Below are positions 29,286-39,081 of a DNA stretch of 64,000 nt, piece after piece (the first letter of the stretch is position 1; every line of letters begins with the position of its first letter). The notes beneath the pieces were generated by a model, which saw only the letters and a program-made list of their open reading frames with translations, did no database searches and was not told the origin of the DNA. This DNA comes from an uncultured Methanosarcinales archaeon (lineage in GTDB: Archaea > Nanobdellota > Nanobdellia > Woesearchaeales > GW2011-AR9). A program made the position numbers and the translations under genes. Location: positions 319,585 through 383,584 of the forward strand of contig CAYFJV010000002.1 of NCBI GenBank assembly GCA_964343575.1, read 5' to 3'.

Positions 29286-30368
29286 TTATTTCCTTTCAGT
29301 AATTGTTTTATATTTCCTTTTAACGTGTTTTAACTTCTCAAGGAAATCACTTACATCAGCAAAATAATTCCTGTATCCTTCTTTAATCTGTGCAAGCGAA
29401 TCTCCACTAACTAAAACAACATCATAATTATGTCTCCTACGATTAAGTCTTTCTGCATTGTTATATTGTTCTAATGCTTCCTTCTCCTGTTTTCTTGAGA
29501 AACCAGTGATGGTGATTTTCTTTGCACCTGTATCAAATTCTAGAAGGCAATAAAAAGGGTTTATTTTCCCATTTAGACTTTTAAAGGGTCTGACAGAATG
29601 TGCCCAAATTTGCATCCTGTCAATAACGTTTAAATTTTCTAAAAGATGAATTGCTTCCTTATAAAGTTCAATCTCATTATTTGGGCAGTTGGGTGGTAAG
29701 TTTCTATGTTCCCACCTTGCAAAGATGGCACTTATTAGCAGAAAGAATCTTCTCCAATCTTTAGAACCACCGCCGAATTTGATTGATTGATTTGTAAAAA
29801 AATCATGCATCTCTACTGCAGTAGCCCAGATATGTTGTAGTTTTGTCCTAATCTGGATTTCAATGAGTTTATCATTGTAGATGGATCTTTTTACGGTATC
29901 GCTTTGGTATTTGTATACTATGTGAATCCCTCGATAACCATCTGGTTTGGGATTTTTAATGTAGTCAGTAACACCTACACGAATATGTCGTAACTTACTT
30001 TTCAAAAAGGAGTCTAGCAATTGTTCACATTCAGATACAGTAGATACAACTGATCGACATCCACCAATGTCTTGCATTCTTGATAACTTTGTCCCACCAT
30101 GATCCTTTTTTTTTGAATCCTTTAGTTTTCTAATAATAGAAATAGAACGTTTCAAGCGTTTAACTGTAATTGATTTTGGATCAACTTTTAGTGATTCTCT
30201 TCGAAGCTTGTTCCGCAGGATTTGTAATGGGTAACTATGGCTTGCCCTCCAGTTGAACAAGACAATCATTGCCTTATTTCTCTTATCAAATGTTGATGTC
30301 TCACTTGCCAGTACGTCTCCTGCTTTGTCTGCTTTGCTTTTGGAATACTGGGGTTTTTCCCACTTCAT
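29286..30368 (-). CDS. RelA/SpoT-domain nucleotidyltransferase (small alarmone synthetase-like)
   Basis: RLKRxxSIxxK, MQDIGGCR, DYIKNPKPDGYRGIH, EIQIRTKLQHIWA. Confidence 0.92.
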   Translation of the reverse strand: MKWEKPQYSKSKADKAGDVLASETSTFDKRNKAMIVLFNWRASHSYPLQILRNKLRRESLKVDPKSITVKRLKRSISIIRKLKDSKKKDHGGTKLSRMQDIGGCRSVVSTVSECEQLLDSFLKSKLRHIRVGVTDYIKNPKPDGYRGIHIVYKYQSDTVKRSIYNDKLIEIQIRTKLQHIWATAVEMHDFFTNQSIKFGGGSKDWRRFFLLISAIFARWEHRNLPPNCPNNEIELYKEAIHLLENLNVIDRMQIWAHSVRPFKSLNGKINPFYCLLEFDTGAKKITITGFSRKQEKEALEQYNNAERLNRRRHNYDVVLVSGDSLAQIKEGYRNYFADVSDFLEKLKHVKRKYKTITERK

Positions 30369-30410
30369 ATGCGTAAAATGGTGATCACAATTATAAATCT
30401 ACTGTTTTTT

Positions 30411-30590
30411 CCATATTTCGGGACCAAATTTGAATATAAATCTGGTTTTCATCAGGAGATTGGGAAAATTTCGGGAGAATTACTTTCAACATATTATTAA
30501 AAATAGCTCATTTCTCCCATTAGAAATCTTGCCATATTTCGGGACTAAATTTGAATATAAATCTGGTTTTCATCAGGAGATTGGGAAAAT
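30411..30590. repeat. 59-bp direct repeat, two copies (30411-30469, 30532-30590)
   Basis: CCATATTTCGGGACYAAATTTGAATATAAATCTGGTTTTCATCAGGAGATTGGGAAAAT with one mismatch between copies. Confidence 0.92.
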
Positions 30591-30623
30591 ATGGTCCATA
30601 ATTTAGTGGGTGGTTAATAAAGA

Positions 30624-31445
30624 CTAGTTTGGATCTTGATTCTCAAGATATAAGGAATGAATTTCTTCACTGAATTCTTCTTCTCCTGAGTGAAGATAGT
30701 AGTAAAGTAAGACAATAGACTCTATATCTTCATTAGATGCGATACTTTGGTTAGATGAAAGGTTCTCTGTGATAAATTTAAAGCATTCTTTCAATGTTCT
30801 ATGTAAACTAATATCAGCAGAAAGCTCTAAGCCAATCAGAAAGAACCTTTTTATTAGTTTGGAAGACTTGAATTCTTCAGACAGTTTCAGCTTTTTTCTC
30901 CTGTTTAGGGAGTTGATAAAATGTTCTTCTGGATGTTTAAACACTTTTGAATCAATCTTATAGTTGGATAGTTCTGGATAACTTTCCTTCTTGAAAGCAT
31001 AGACTTTTATTGACATCCCTTGTAAAAAAAAATAAACAAAAGATTCTTCCTTTGGGAAGTGACCACTACCCAACCTGATGTCCGTACCTTCTTGTCTGTA
31101 AGTTAACTCTTCTTTCTTGAACTGTTTATGACAGTCACTAAGGATCTTGTTTACCTGAACAAGATTTCTTTCAATGAAGTACAAATATTCCTTAAAAATT
31201 TCTTCGTAGTTCGCCGAATAATGCCTGTTGTTTCTAACCTTGATGTAAGTAGAAACAGTCAGTTTTTGGTTTGTTTCTTTTTCTCCTTTTGTTGTTTTTC
31301 CCCTTAGTCTTTCAGATACATGGGTGCGTGATTTTTTCAACTCTTTCGCAATTTCTGTCGATGTTGCTTCTTTGAGCTTTATTATTTTGAAGAGAATTTG
31401 GCTGTGGATTTCGTTTTCTATTACTTCTTTCTGAACGAACACCAT
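30624..31445 (-). CDS. wHTH-containing protein (putative repressor)
   Basis: ATSTEIAKELKKSRTHVSERL near the N-terminus; divergent from the RHH operon. Confidence 0.7.
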   Translation of the reverse strand: MVFVQKEVIENEIHSQILFKIIKLKEATSTEIAKELKKSRTHVSERLRGKTTKGEKETNQKLTVSTYIKVRNNRHYSANYEEIFKEYLYFIERNLVQVNKILSDCHKQFKKEELTYRQEGTDIRLGSGHFPKEESFVYFFLQGMSIKVYAFKKESYPELSNYKIDSKVFKHPEEHFINSLNRRKKLKLSEEFKSSKLIKRFFLIGLELSADISLHRTLKECFKFITENLSSNQSIASNEDIESIVLLYYYLHSGEEEFSEEIHSLYLENQDPN

Positions 31446-31558
31446 TAACTAAAGTTGGACGCCACAATACTTAAACCTATCTTTCTCGGCGCCCACCTTT
31501 GCCAAAAAGTGTTAAAATAAAAAGGTTTATATATTTATTGTACCACCTTTAAACAAAA

Positions 31559-31711
31559 ATGGTACATAAAGAAATAAAATCAATTCGGTTGAGCATGGTG
31601 GCCTCTCCTGAGGAGATAGAGAAGATAGATTCCTTTTCTCGTCGAAGGGGTTTGTCTAGGAGCGCATTTCTAAGAAGTGCAGCATTAACTTTCATAGAGA
31701 GACAGTCATAA
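31559..31711 (+). CDS. Ribbon-helix-helix (CopG-like) protein, 50 aa
   Basis: Manual translation MVHKEIKSIRLSMVASPEEIEKIDSFSRRRGLSRSAFLRSAALTFIERQS; TATA upstream; stop overlaps the next ATG. Confidence 0.8.
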   Translation: MVHKEIKSIRLSMVASPEEIEKIDSFSRRRGLSRSAFLRSAALTFIERQS

Positions 31712-31932
31712 TGCCAGTTAACTTGACAAAGGAAGAATGGGATCATTTTCAGGAAATCACCAAGAAAGAGGACTTGTTAACTAAACAGAGTCTGATTTGG
31801 ATTTTCAAGAATTATGACTGGGACCCCAAAACAGGAGAGTTCACTCTATCAGAGACAAGAGGTAATAGTAAACATGGTGAACAACGAGAATTTTTGCAGA
31901 AGTTGTCAATCAAAGATTCCCTGTTGGTCTAA
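31711..31932 (+). CDS. Hypothetical protein
   Basis: ORF translationally coupled to the RHH gene. Confidence 0.5.
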   Translation: MPVNLTKEEWDHFQEITKKEDLLTKQSLIWIFKNYDWDPKTGEFTLSETRGNSKHGEQREFLQKLSIKDSLLV

Positions 31933-32014
31933 CTGCAATGCAGTCTATTGTTCTCCAAAGTGTAAACAATCAGCTTATCGTAAAAGAAATTTAGAATCAA
32001 AAAGAAAAAAGTGA
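31874..32014 (+). CDS. Small zinc-finger protein (CxxC...YCSxxC)
   Basis: MVNNENFCRSCQSK...YCSPKCKQSAYRKR. Confidence 0.65.
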   Translation: MVNNENFCRSCQSKIPCWSNCNAVYCSPKCKQSAYRKRNLESKRKK

Positions 32015-32205
32015 AACAAAAGATGTTCCAGACCAATTGTTTCTAAAAGGTATAACTATGAAAGATCAGAAATTGACTATCTACTTAAAACTTGTTGATT
32101 TCAACAATGTTGAAGAATTAGATTCTTTAGATGATTCTTGGTTTTTTTGGTATAAATCCAATAAGCGCTCTTCACATGAATTTTATCTTGAAGGAGGTTT
32201 AGAAG

Positions 32206-33966
32206 ATGGATAGACATACTGAGAATCTCCTGAATAAAGGAGTTAATACTAATGTTCCTGCTGCAATGCTTAGGTGCGTTCAAAAATGGATAGAGTTTCC
32301 TTCTTTCTCTCAATCTTCTCAAGGAAAAAGCAAATACAGTGATTATCAGATCGCAATAATAAATGAATATTTAGATTTCATTACAATCCCTGAAGCAGAA
32401 TCAAAGATAAAAGAATTGATTTTAACCATGAACCAATGGGGATTTAAGTGTAGCTGGGAGGATTTCTTGGAATTTGCTTCAAAGCATATGAATCGCCCAG
32501 AGGTGAAATCAGATGTTTTGAAAAACCCAATTGAAATAATCTTAAAAGAAACTTCAAAGAAAGTAGTCGAAGAAATTTCTGCACGTAAAGCAATAATTCT
32601 TACGAAGGGAGTTTCCTATGTGATTAATTCACAACCGACTTCTGGAAACCTGATGGTGAATGCGAAATCTGGGACTGGTAAAGATTTTGTTGTTAGGAAT
32701 ACTCTTTCAATATTTCCAAAAGAGAATTCATTAAGGAGAACAAGGATAACGCCTACTCTCTTTAATTATTGGCACAGGGGAGATAGAGAACCAAGTTGGA
32801 CTTGGGATGGAAAGAGTGTTTATCTAGAAGATATCAGTGAAGGCGTCCTTAACAGCCCGGTCTTTAAAGTAATGTCTTCTGGTGGTTCTAACACAACCCT
32901 TGTTATAAACCAAATAGCTTATGACATTCCAATAAACGGAAAACCTTCTTTAATCATAACTACCGCTGCTTCTAATCCAAACAATGAACTTCTGAGGAGA
33001 TTTCCAATAGTAAAACTTGACGAAACAGTTGACCAAACCAAGGCCATTGTTGCCAAGCAAGCAGAAGCAGCGAGTACAGGAGAATCTTTAGAGTATAATT
33101 CGCTTATCCCTAAAGAGTTGTTTAAACTAAGGAGGGTTGAGGTAATAATCCCTTTTGCTGAGAAGATTGTGGAACACCTTCCTTTGAGTATGGATGTGAT
33201 TATGAGAACTAGCTTTTCAAGGTTTCTTGATTACATCAAGAGCAGTGCTGCACTTCATCAGTTTGTAAGAAGTATTGATCATAAAGGAAGAATCATTGCT
33301 GAAGGAGAGGATTATAACCGAGCGAGGGAAGTCCTCTTGGCGACTAACTCTAATCAATCTATGATCCCCTTACCAAGAAATAAAGAAAAAGTTATTGAGC
33401 TGTGGAAGAAAGGAATCCTTGATTATGATAGATATTATTCTACTACAGAAGTTACATCTAAAGTTACCTGGGTCTCTGAGCGTCAAGCAAGAGTGTATCT
33501 AAATCAATTAACTGACATGAAATTTTTGCATTGTAAGCAAAAGAAATGCCAATATAGTTTTAGGCCAGTTAACCATTACAAATTGATTCAACAGGAAAAA
33601 TTAAACCTTCCCCTGTTTTTAGAATTAGAAAAACAAGGTTCTCTCTTAGATGAAGTAAATGAAGTAAATGAGCTAAAAAAGGATGGCATTGTGAATAATA
33701 CTCTAAAACCTTCATTTACTTCCAATACTTCAATATCTTCCAATACTTCATCTACTTCAAATACTGAATTCGCTTCTTCTTTTTGTGTTGATGAAGAAGA
33801 TGTTATCGAAACAAAAGAAGATTTAGCCTTCTCTTACTGTAAAGAGAACGGAGAAGTTCCCATTATGGAACTTCAAGAAAAATTTGGTCTTGAATCAGTT
33901 TCTAAACTTAGGAGTATCGGTAAATTGATGGAATCCAGATCTGGTTTCTTAAGGGTGGTAACATGA
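32206..33966 (+). CDS. P-loop (AAA+/MCM-like) ATPase, putative replication helicase, with C-terminal wHTH
   Basis: Walker A AKSGTGKD, Walker B VYLED, Arg-finger LLRRF; GGAGG RBS. Confidence 0.75.
   Translation: MDRHTENLLNKGVNTNVPAAMLRCVQKWIEFPSFSQSSQGKSKYSDYQIAIINEYLDFITIPEAESKIKELILTMNQWGFKCSWEDFLEFASKHMNRPEVKSDVLKNPIEIILKETSKKVVEEISARKAIILTKGVSYVINSQPTSGNLMVNAKSGTGKDFVVRNTLSIFPKENSLRRTRITPTLFNYWHRGDREPSWTWDGKSVYLEDISEGVLNSPVFKVMSSGGSNTTLVINQIAYDIPINGKPSLIITTAASNPNNELLRRFPIVKLDETVDQTKAIVAKQAEAASTGESLEYNSLIPKELFKLRRVEVIIPFAEKIVEHLPLSMDVIMRTSFSRFLDYIKSSAALHQFVRSIDHKGRIIAEGEDYNRAREVLLATNSNQSMIPLPRNKEKVIELWKKGILDYDRYYSTTEVTSKVTWVSERQARVYLNQLTDMKFLHCKQKKCQYSFRPVNHYKLIQQEKLNLPLFLELEKQGSLLDEVNEVNELKKDGIVNNTLKPSFTSNTSISSNTSSTSNTEFASSFCVDEEDVIETKEDLAFSYCKENGEVPIMELQEKFGLESVSKLRSIGKLMESRSGFLRVVT
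33651..33765. repeat. 9-bp periodic repeats in two orientations inside the ATPase gene
   Basis: (GAAGTAAAT)x2 at 33652-33669, then CTTC recurring every 9 nt six times from 33710. Confidence 0.75.
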
Positions 33967-34130
33967 GTGGCCAGTATTCTAGAAGGTGCAAGAGGTGTAG
34001 TGATGTTTACTCTACGCCAAGAAGGTTCAGCAAATTTTGTCTGAATTGTTGTAGGTGTACACAAGATCCAAGGAAGTATGGAGAAGTTAAAGACAAAAGG
34101 AGTGGTTTTTATGAATTGCATCAGTTGTAA
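33963..34130 (+). CDS. Small zinc-finger protein, 55 aa
   Basis: MSGQYSRRCKRCSD...KFCLNCCRC; ATGA overlap with the ATPase stop. Confidence 0.65.
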   Translation: MSGQYSRRCKRCSDVYSTPRRFSKFCLNCCRCTQDPRKYGEVKDKRSGFYELHQL

Positions 34131-34248
34131 TATTGAAAGATTAGAGCCAGTAATCTACAAGAACAAATATTGGTACTACTGTTTGGAATGTAATAGTTTG
34201 TTCCAAAAAGGAGAGAGTGGATTGAAGAAGAGGATAATGAAATGGTAG
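34111..34248 (+). CDS. Small zinc-ribbon protein, 45 aa
   Basis: MNCISCNI...WYYCLECNSLF; AGGAG upstream. Confidence 0.65.
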   Translation: MNCISCNIERLEPVIYKNKYWYYCLECNSLFQKGESGLKKRIMKW

Positions 34249-34598
34249 ATGAAAGACTAGAGATATTAGGGAGAAAACTCTCTACAGACGGAAGAAGTAA
34301 CACAAAGGTTCTTGAGATGCAAAATGGAAACCGGGAGGCAGTGCAGATTAAAACCAGAAAAAATATGATGAACATTTACCGTTCTCTTCTGAATCTTCAC
34401 CAAAAAAGAAAGAAAGGAGAGATAGTATATCTTGAAAAGGTTAGAAAGGAAGCTGGGATGGATAAAAATAGAGACGCATTTCGTCACGCCCTTTTTAATT
34501 TATGTTATATGAGGAAAAATCCTGTAATGATAAAAGCAAAAATTTCAAGGAACAAGGAAGGAAAAGTAAAGATTCTTCATGAATTAACGCCTAGATGA
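34242..34598 (+). CDS. Hypothetical basic protein
   Basis: ORF in the coupled operon, with a GAGGA RBS. Confidence 0.55.
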   Translation: MVDERLEILGRKLSTDGRSNTKVLEMQNGNREAVQIKTRKNMMNIYRSLLNLHQKRKKGEIVYLEKVRKEAGMDKNRDAFRHALFNLCYMRKNPVMIKAKISRNKEGKVKILHELTPR

Positions 34599-34637
34599 GC
34601 TAAAGCTCATAGGTTACCTACCCTTGGGAGGATTAGA

Positions 34638-34871
34638 ATGTCAGAAAAAGATTATAGAAAAACAGTTAGATTTAACCAAAAAGAACAAGCTGAGTTAGAA
34701 CTTCTCAAGAAAACATTTCATCTAGAAAAGGACTCCGAAGCAATAAAACTGGCTGTGGAGTGGGTAAACCATTACATCAAAAATGTCACAACAACCTTTT
34801 TTCCACCCTCCTTTGAAGTGGTACTCTTGAAGAAATTGAAAACTGAGAAGCTTGACCGAAAGGTTTTCTAG
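34638..34871 (+). CDS. RHH-like DNA-binding protein
   Basis: KTVRFNQKEQAELELLK...SEAIKLAV; GGAGG RBS. Confidence 0.65.
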   Translation: MSEKDYRKTVRFNQKEQAELELLKKTFHLEKDSEAIKLAVEWVNHYIKNVTTTFFPPSFEVVLLKKLKTEKLDRKVF

Positions 34872-34940
34872 CTTTTTTTCTTTGATTTTGTCACAAATTC
34901 TTCGTACTTTGTCTGCCAATTATTGAAGGAGAAGAAATTT

Positions 34941-36656
34941 TTATTGATTAAGCCCGGTTATCTTCTTTTTTAGTTCAATGAGACTTTTGTGTAGATTTGA
35001 GTGCCAATGCCTAAACTCAACTCCTCTCCAAGCACTTATTTTCTCTTGTCTTTTTATGGCTAGTTCTAGAAAATCATTTAGGTTAAGCCCAAAGTTTTTT
35101 TCAATAAAAGAATCGTATTTTCTTTGTTCTAAACTGTACAATAAAAGATATGAATCAAATTCTAAGAAATAATAAGCAGGGAATGATCTATATCTCTCAT
35201 CTTTTTCAGAAACAGAATCAATTAAAAAAATGACCTCTGCTAGTTGTTGTTGTTTTAACTTAGTTAGTGGTTCTTCTTTAGTAGTTCCTGGAAAGAGAAA
35301 CTCAAACAATTTTTTTGGTTCTTCTCCAAGTGACTTAAGGTACCAGATTTTTGCATTATAGATAAGTGGGACCATTTGATACGTGTTGTAGTATTTACTT
35401 GGATGAAATATGAAACTAATATCCTCATCTTCACAATTAACTTCCATAAGAGTAGAGAAAATAATCTCTGAAATGAGAATGTATGGGATGTTCAATATAG
35501 TTGTGTAGCCATTACCAATAGTTATTTCTTCAAACAGGAGAAGAAATCTAAAGTTCTCTTTAATCAAGGACGTTTTATTGTAACGTGCAAGACACTGAAA
35601 AATAACTCTTAAAGGTGTTATTTTATCTCTACAAGCTTCAAAGCAACCTAAGAACGAAGAAGGATCTCCCTTGAAATTTTTGATCAAATCTTTTATCTCT
35701 TTGTAAGCTTTACTAATTCTATCTTTTATGTTTATATCTAACTCAATTAGTTTATTTTCTTCTATCAATGATAAGATCTCTGATTCAAATCCTTCTAGTT
35801 CTGGCCCTTGAAATGATGGATCTGGGAGTTTTTCTACTTTTAGATCCAGCTTTGATGGAAATCTTTTTCCCTCCTCTGGGATTTTAGGTACTGTAAAGTC
35901 TTCTGAATTACTCTGAAACTGTGGTGTCTGTGAACCGTTAGTCAAATCGATAACTAGTTTAGTTGTCTCCTCACTAACTTTTTTGAAAGGAACATAATCT
36001 TCGGAAGAACCTTTCAGAACTTTAACAAGAGAGTGTGTAAAAAGCCCGTGCTCAACAACCCCATTTTCATGAGAGTACTCCTTTGAATCACAACCTGTAG
36101 CAATGGCTGAACCACTTCCTGGAGCAACTAATCTAATTAGTTCTCTCTTTGAAAATGATCTCAACTTAAACTTAGAAAGGTCTCTTCTCAAAGCACTGCC
36201 ACTCTTACAAGCGTCAAGAATTAGGAGTTTATGTTTTGATCTAATGAGCTCTACTGACTGTTTTAGTTCTGAAAGTTTTATTCCCGTCTCTTTTGCATAT
36301 GATGGATTAAAATTGTGTGGACAAATAAAACTATTATCTGCCCTCGGATTTTCGTCGTCAATTGTGATTCCATGTCCTGCGAAGAAAATAATAACATAAT
36401 CTTCCTCTCTAACATCTGTTCCAGATAAGTCTGTCAGTGCACAAAGAATATTTTCCTTGGTTGCTTGTTCATCACAAAGAATTTTATTGATTCCAGAATG
36501 GTAGTGCTTATAGGAAGAAAAAATAAGATTTGCATCTTTCGCACAGTAGTCTAACTGATAACCTGAACTCATGTTAGGATATTTGTTTACCCCTACGCAA
36601 AGTAGATGTATTCTACTACTCATCTCCTTTCCCTCCTCTGAAGGTGTAATCTCCAA
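34941..36656 (-). CDS. Caspase-family (peptidase C14) protein with unknown C-terminal domain
   Basis: VGVNKY, FFAGHG (His), ILDACKSG (Cys), HGLFT, QTP. Confidence 0.9.
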   Translation of the reverse strand: MEITPSEEGKEMSSRIHLLCVGVNKYPNMSSGYQLDYCAKDANLIFSSYKHYHSGINKILCDEQATKENILCALTDLSGTDVREEDYVIIFFAGHGITIDDENPRADNSFICPHNFNPSYAKETGIKLSELKQSVELIRSKHKLLILDACKSGSALRRDLSKFKLRSFSKRELIRLVAPGSGSAIATGCDSKEYSHENGVVEHGLFTHSLVKVLKGSSEDYVPFKKVSEETTKLVIDLTNGSQTPQFQSNSEDFTVPKIPEEGKRFPSKLDLKVEKLPDPSFQGPELEGFESEILSLIEENKLIELDINIKDRISKAYKEIKDLIKNFKGDPSSFLGCFEACRDKITPLRVIFQCLARYNKTSLIKENFRFLLLFEEITIGNGYTTILNIPYILISEIIFSTLMEVNCEDEDISFIFHPSKYYNTYQMVPLIYNAKIWYLKSLGEEPKKLFEFLFPGTTKEEPLTKLKQQQLAEVIFLIDSVSEKDERYRSFPAYYFLEFDSYLLLYSLEQRKYDSFIEKNFGLNLNDFLELAIKRQEKISAWRGVEFRHWHSNLHKSLIELKKKITGLNQ

Positions 36657-36775
36657 TAAGAATTTTGACTTCTTTTAGCATATGTGTTTATTCTTATTGT
36701 TGTTATTAAAGATTTCACTCCTGCACGATTATTAAGAAACATTTATATCTCTGGAAGTTATTACTTTGTAATAAC

Positions 36776-37366
36776 GTGGATGTTAAGAAGCTTTATGAAG
36801 AGAGGTTAAGGAATTACCTTGATCCTCCTTTTGAAGAGATAACTGGGAAGGTATTCAAGGTAGGGAATAGCCATGCCGTAATGATTAGAAAAGAAATTCT
36901 TCATAAACTAAAGATAGGGGTGGGAGATTCAGTGGTTGGTTCACTGTCCCCAGTAAGAGACTTCAAAGAAGAGGAAAAGATCTACGAAGATTTAAAGTAC
37001 AAAATTAGTCTGGGTGGTTTCTCTAAAGAAGAAACAATGAATTTCTGGTCTTTTCTTAATCTTTACTTTGAAGGTGTAAAGGAAATCCCCAAGAAGATAA
37101 CAAAAGATTATGACAAAATTAGAGGGTTCCTCGAAGAAGATGTTCTAGATGTTAACTTAGAGCCACCACTTAGTTCTCTTGTTCAAGGTTTGAAACAAGA
37201 TGGTACTCTAAGCAAGAAAGAGATTGATTTATTTTTATCGAAGGTGCTGAACTGGTTTTTAGATGGAAAGAAGAAAGAACTCATAGATTATTTTGATGAT
37301 GAGAAGAAGTGGAAAGGAAAACTCGAAGCAGTTATCAGTAAACACAAGGAGCTTATGAAAAAATAA
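36776..37366 (+). CDS. AbrB/MazE-like DNA-binding domain protein
   Basis: KVFKVGNSHAVMIRKEILHKLKIGVGDSV. Confidence 0.75.
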   Translation: MDVKKLYEERLRNYLDPPFEEITGKVFKVGNSHAVMIRKEILHKLKIGVGDSVVGSLSPVRDFKEEEKIYEDLKYKISLGGFSKEETMNFWSFLNLYFEGVKEIPKKITKDYDKIRGFLEEDVLDVNLEPPLSSLVQGLKQDGTLSKKEIDLFLSKVLNWFLDGKKKELIDYFDDEKKWKGKLEAVISKHKELMKK

Positions 37367-37367
37367 A

Positions 37368-38078
37368 ATGGATTGGAAGAAGGATACCGAAGCCCAGGAA
37401 CTTTGGTACGATAAGAAAAAGCGAGGAGAGAGGAATCCTGAGCTTAATTACCAGAAGTATATCACTCCAATGGAATGGGAGATCATTAAAAAATGGGTGA
37501 ATGACCTTCGTTCTCCTTCCATGAAAGAATTAATTTTTACTATTGCCTACCTTGGAATGAGAAGAGGAGAAGCTATAACTCTTAAAAGATCCAATTTCAA
37601 CAGTGATTTTTCTGCAGTAAGATTTTTCCTCTTGAAGAAAAGAAAAGGAAGACAACTCATTGAGAGAGTAGTTCCCAAAGTTTTACAGGAGAGGTTGGTA
37701 AAGTATAACCGGAAGTACAACCACAAGTATAGGAATGGGTATTTCTTCTTTCCTTATGGGAGTCAAAGTAAGAATGATCATATTCAGGGATCTAGCCTTG
37801 GGCATGCTTTCAAGAAGATGAGAAGAGAGACAGGTTTACTTGATAGCTACCATGTTGTTAACCAGAGAAACATGAAGAAGAAACTTTATCGAATTTCTCC
37901 TCACACTTTAAGACATTACTTTGCTTGGAGAGCTCATAAAAGTAGCAATCATAACATGAGAGCGGTTCAACAACTTTTGGGTCATGCTGACATCAGAACC
38001 ACTATGAAGTATGTTCATGCACTTGCAATGAAGGATGAAGAACTGGATATTGTGAACAAAGCTGCGGATATGCTGTAG
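37368..38078 (+). CDS. Tyrosine recombinase (catalytic domain only, Xer-like)
   Basis: GMRRGEA, PHTLRH, LLGH, TTMKY. Confidence 0.93.
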   Translation: MDWKKDTEAQELWYDKKKRGERNPELNYQKYITPMEWEIIKKWVNDLRSPSMKELIFTIAYLGMRRGEAITLKRSNFNSDFSAVRFFLLKKRKGRQLIERVVPKVLQERLVKYNRKYNHKYRNGYFFFPYGSQSKNDHIQGSSLGHAFKKMRRETGLLDSYHVVNQRNMKKKLYRISPHTLRHYFAWRAHKSSNHNMRAVQQLLGHADIRTTMKYVHALAMKDEELDIVNKAADML

Positions 38079-38148
38079 TTAAATTTTTTTACCGCTTTTT
38101 CAAAGTAAACTAAGAATCCTAAAATAAGGGAGACTTAAAAAAACATTC

Positions 38149-39081
38149 CTATTCTTCAATCTGTAAAATAAGCTCTTTGTATTTCTTTATAGCTTCAACA
38201 GCTTTATCTTTACTTTTATTACCTTTTTTATAACTCTCAACATTATCAATTAATCCAGATAGGAATGAATTGGCAACTAACCTTGAGTATGAAAGTTTAT
38301 TTCCAGATATTTTTTCGTATGACGCAACAATATATCTAAAGTAATCCGGAAAATCCCGAATGTATCGAGAGAACTCCTTAGCAATCTCTCCATATTCTGT
38401 ATTCCCATAATCAATAAAACCAGATATTTGTCCATCCTTAACCAAAACATTTTCGTGATGTGCATCATTATGAATAAATTGAAACTTAGCATTTTCTTTA
38501 ATATTAGTTTTATCAAATATTTCTTTAGCTTTTTTAGCTAAATTTTTGAATGTTTCAGGTACCTCTGCGTCATCAAGTATCTCTTTATATTCTTCCAGAG
38601 TTTCTGGATGCAACCCTGTTGATAGATCGATTTTTATTCCGCGCTTGATTGATTTCCTCTTTGATTTCTTTTTACCAATTTCTGCATGAAATCTACCTAG
38701 TGATCCACAAATACTTATCTTTTCTTCTTCTGATAAGCGATTCCAAACAGTCTTCAAAGTATCTCCTTCAATAAAATCATACCCGTACATTTCTGGTTTT
38801 TCAGAAAAAAAAGCAATTTTCGCAATAGGAATGGACAAATCTAAATTATTTAAGAACTGTGCAATCTTTACCTCAGTCAGTAGTGAGTTTTGTGGAGTAA
38901 ACTCCTTTTTTTCCAACTCTTTTTTAACAATATACCTGTCGCCCTCCAAGGTTTCAATGTAATAAGCATAGTTACAAGCTCCTTTTCCTATCAAAAAAAC
39001 TTTTGAAACATTTTTTCCTAAAATCTTCTTAATCTTATTTTTGATAGTTTCTTCCATTAACCCTTTAGAGAAGTTCTTCAT
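38149..39081 (-). CDS. Aminoglycoside phosphotransferase-family kinase
   Basis: IGKG, HNDAHHENVL (Brenner motif), IDYG. Confidence 0.88.
   Translation of the reverse strand: MKNFSKGLMEETIKNKIKKILGKNVSKVFLIGKGACNYAYYIETLEGDRYIVKKELEKKEFTPQNSLLTEVKIAQFLNNLDLSIPIAKIAFFSEKPEMYGYDFIEGDTLKTVWNRLSEEEKISICGSLGRFHAEIGKKKSKRKSIKRGIKIDLSTGLHPETLEEYKEILDDAEVPETFKNLAKKAKEIFDKTNIKENAKFQFIHNDAHHENVLVKDGQISGFIDYGNTEYGEIAKEFSRYIRDFPDYFRYIVASYEKISGNKLSYSRLVANSFLSGLIDNVESYKKGNKSKDKAVEAIKKYKELILQIEE

Noticed and set aside
30411..30590. Hammerhead ribozyme reading of the 59-bp repeats (minus strand CTGATGA...hairpin...CGAAA)
   Set aside because: Stem II does not close next to the core (AA opposite CCC), and I could not find convincing stems I and III.
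30411..30590. CRISPR array
   Set aside because: There are only two units, the 59-bp repeat is too long, and no cas genes are in the window.
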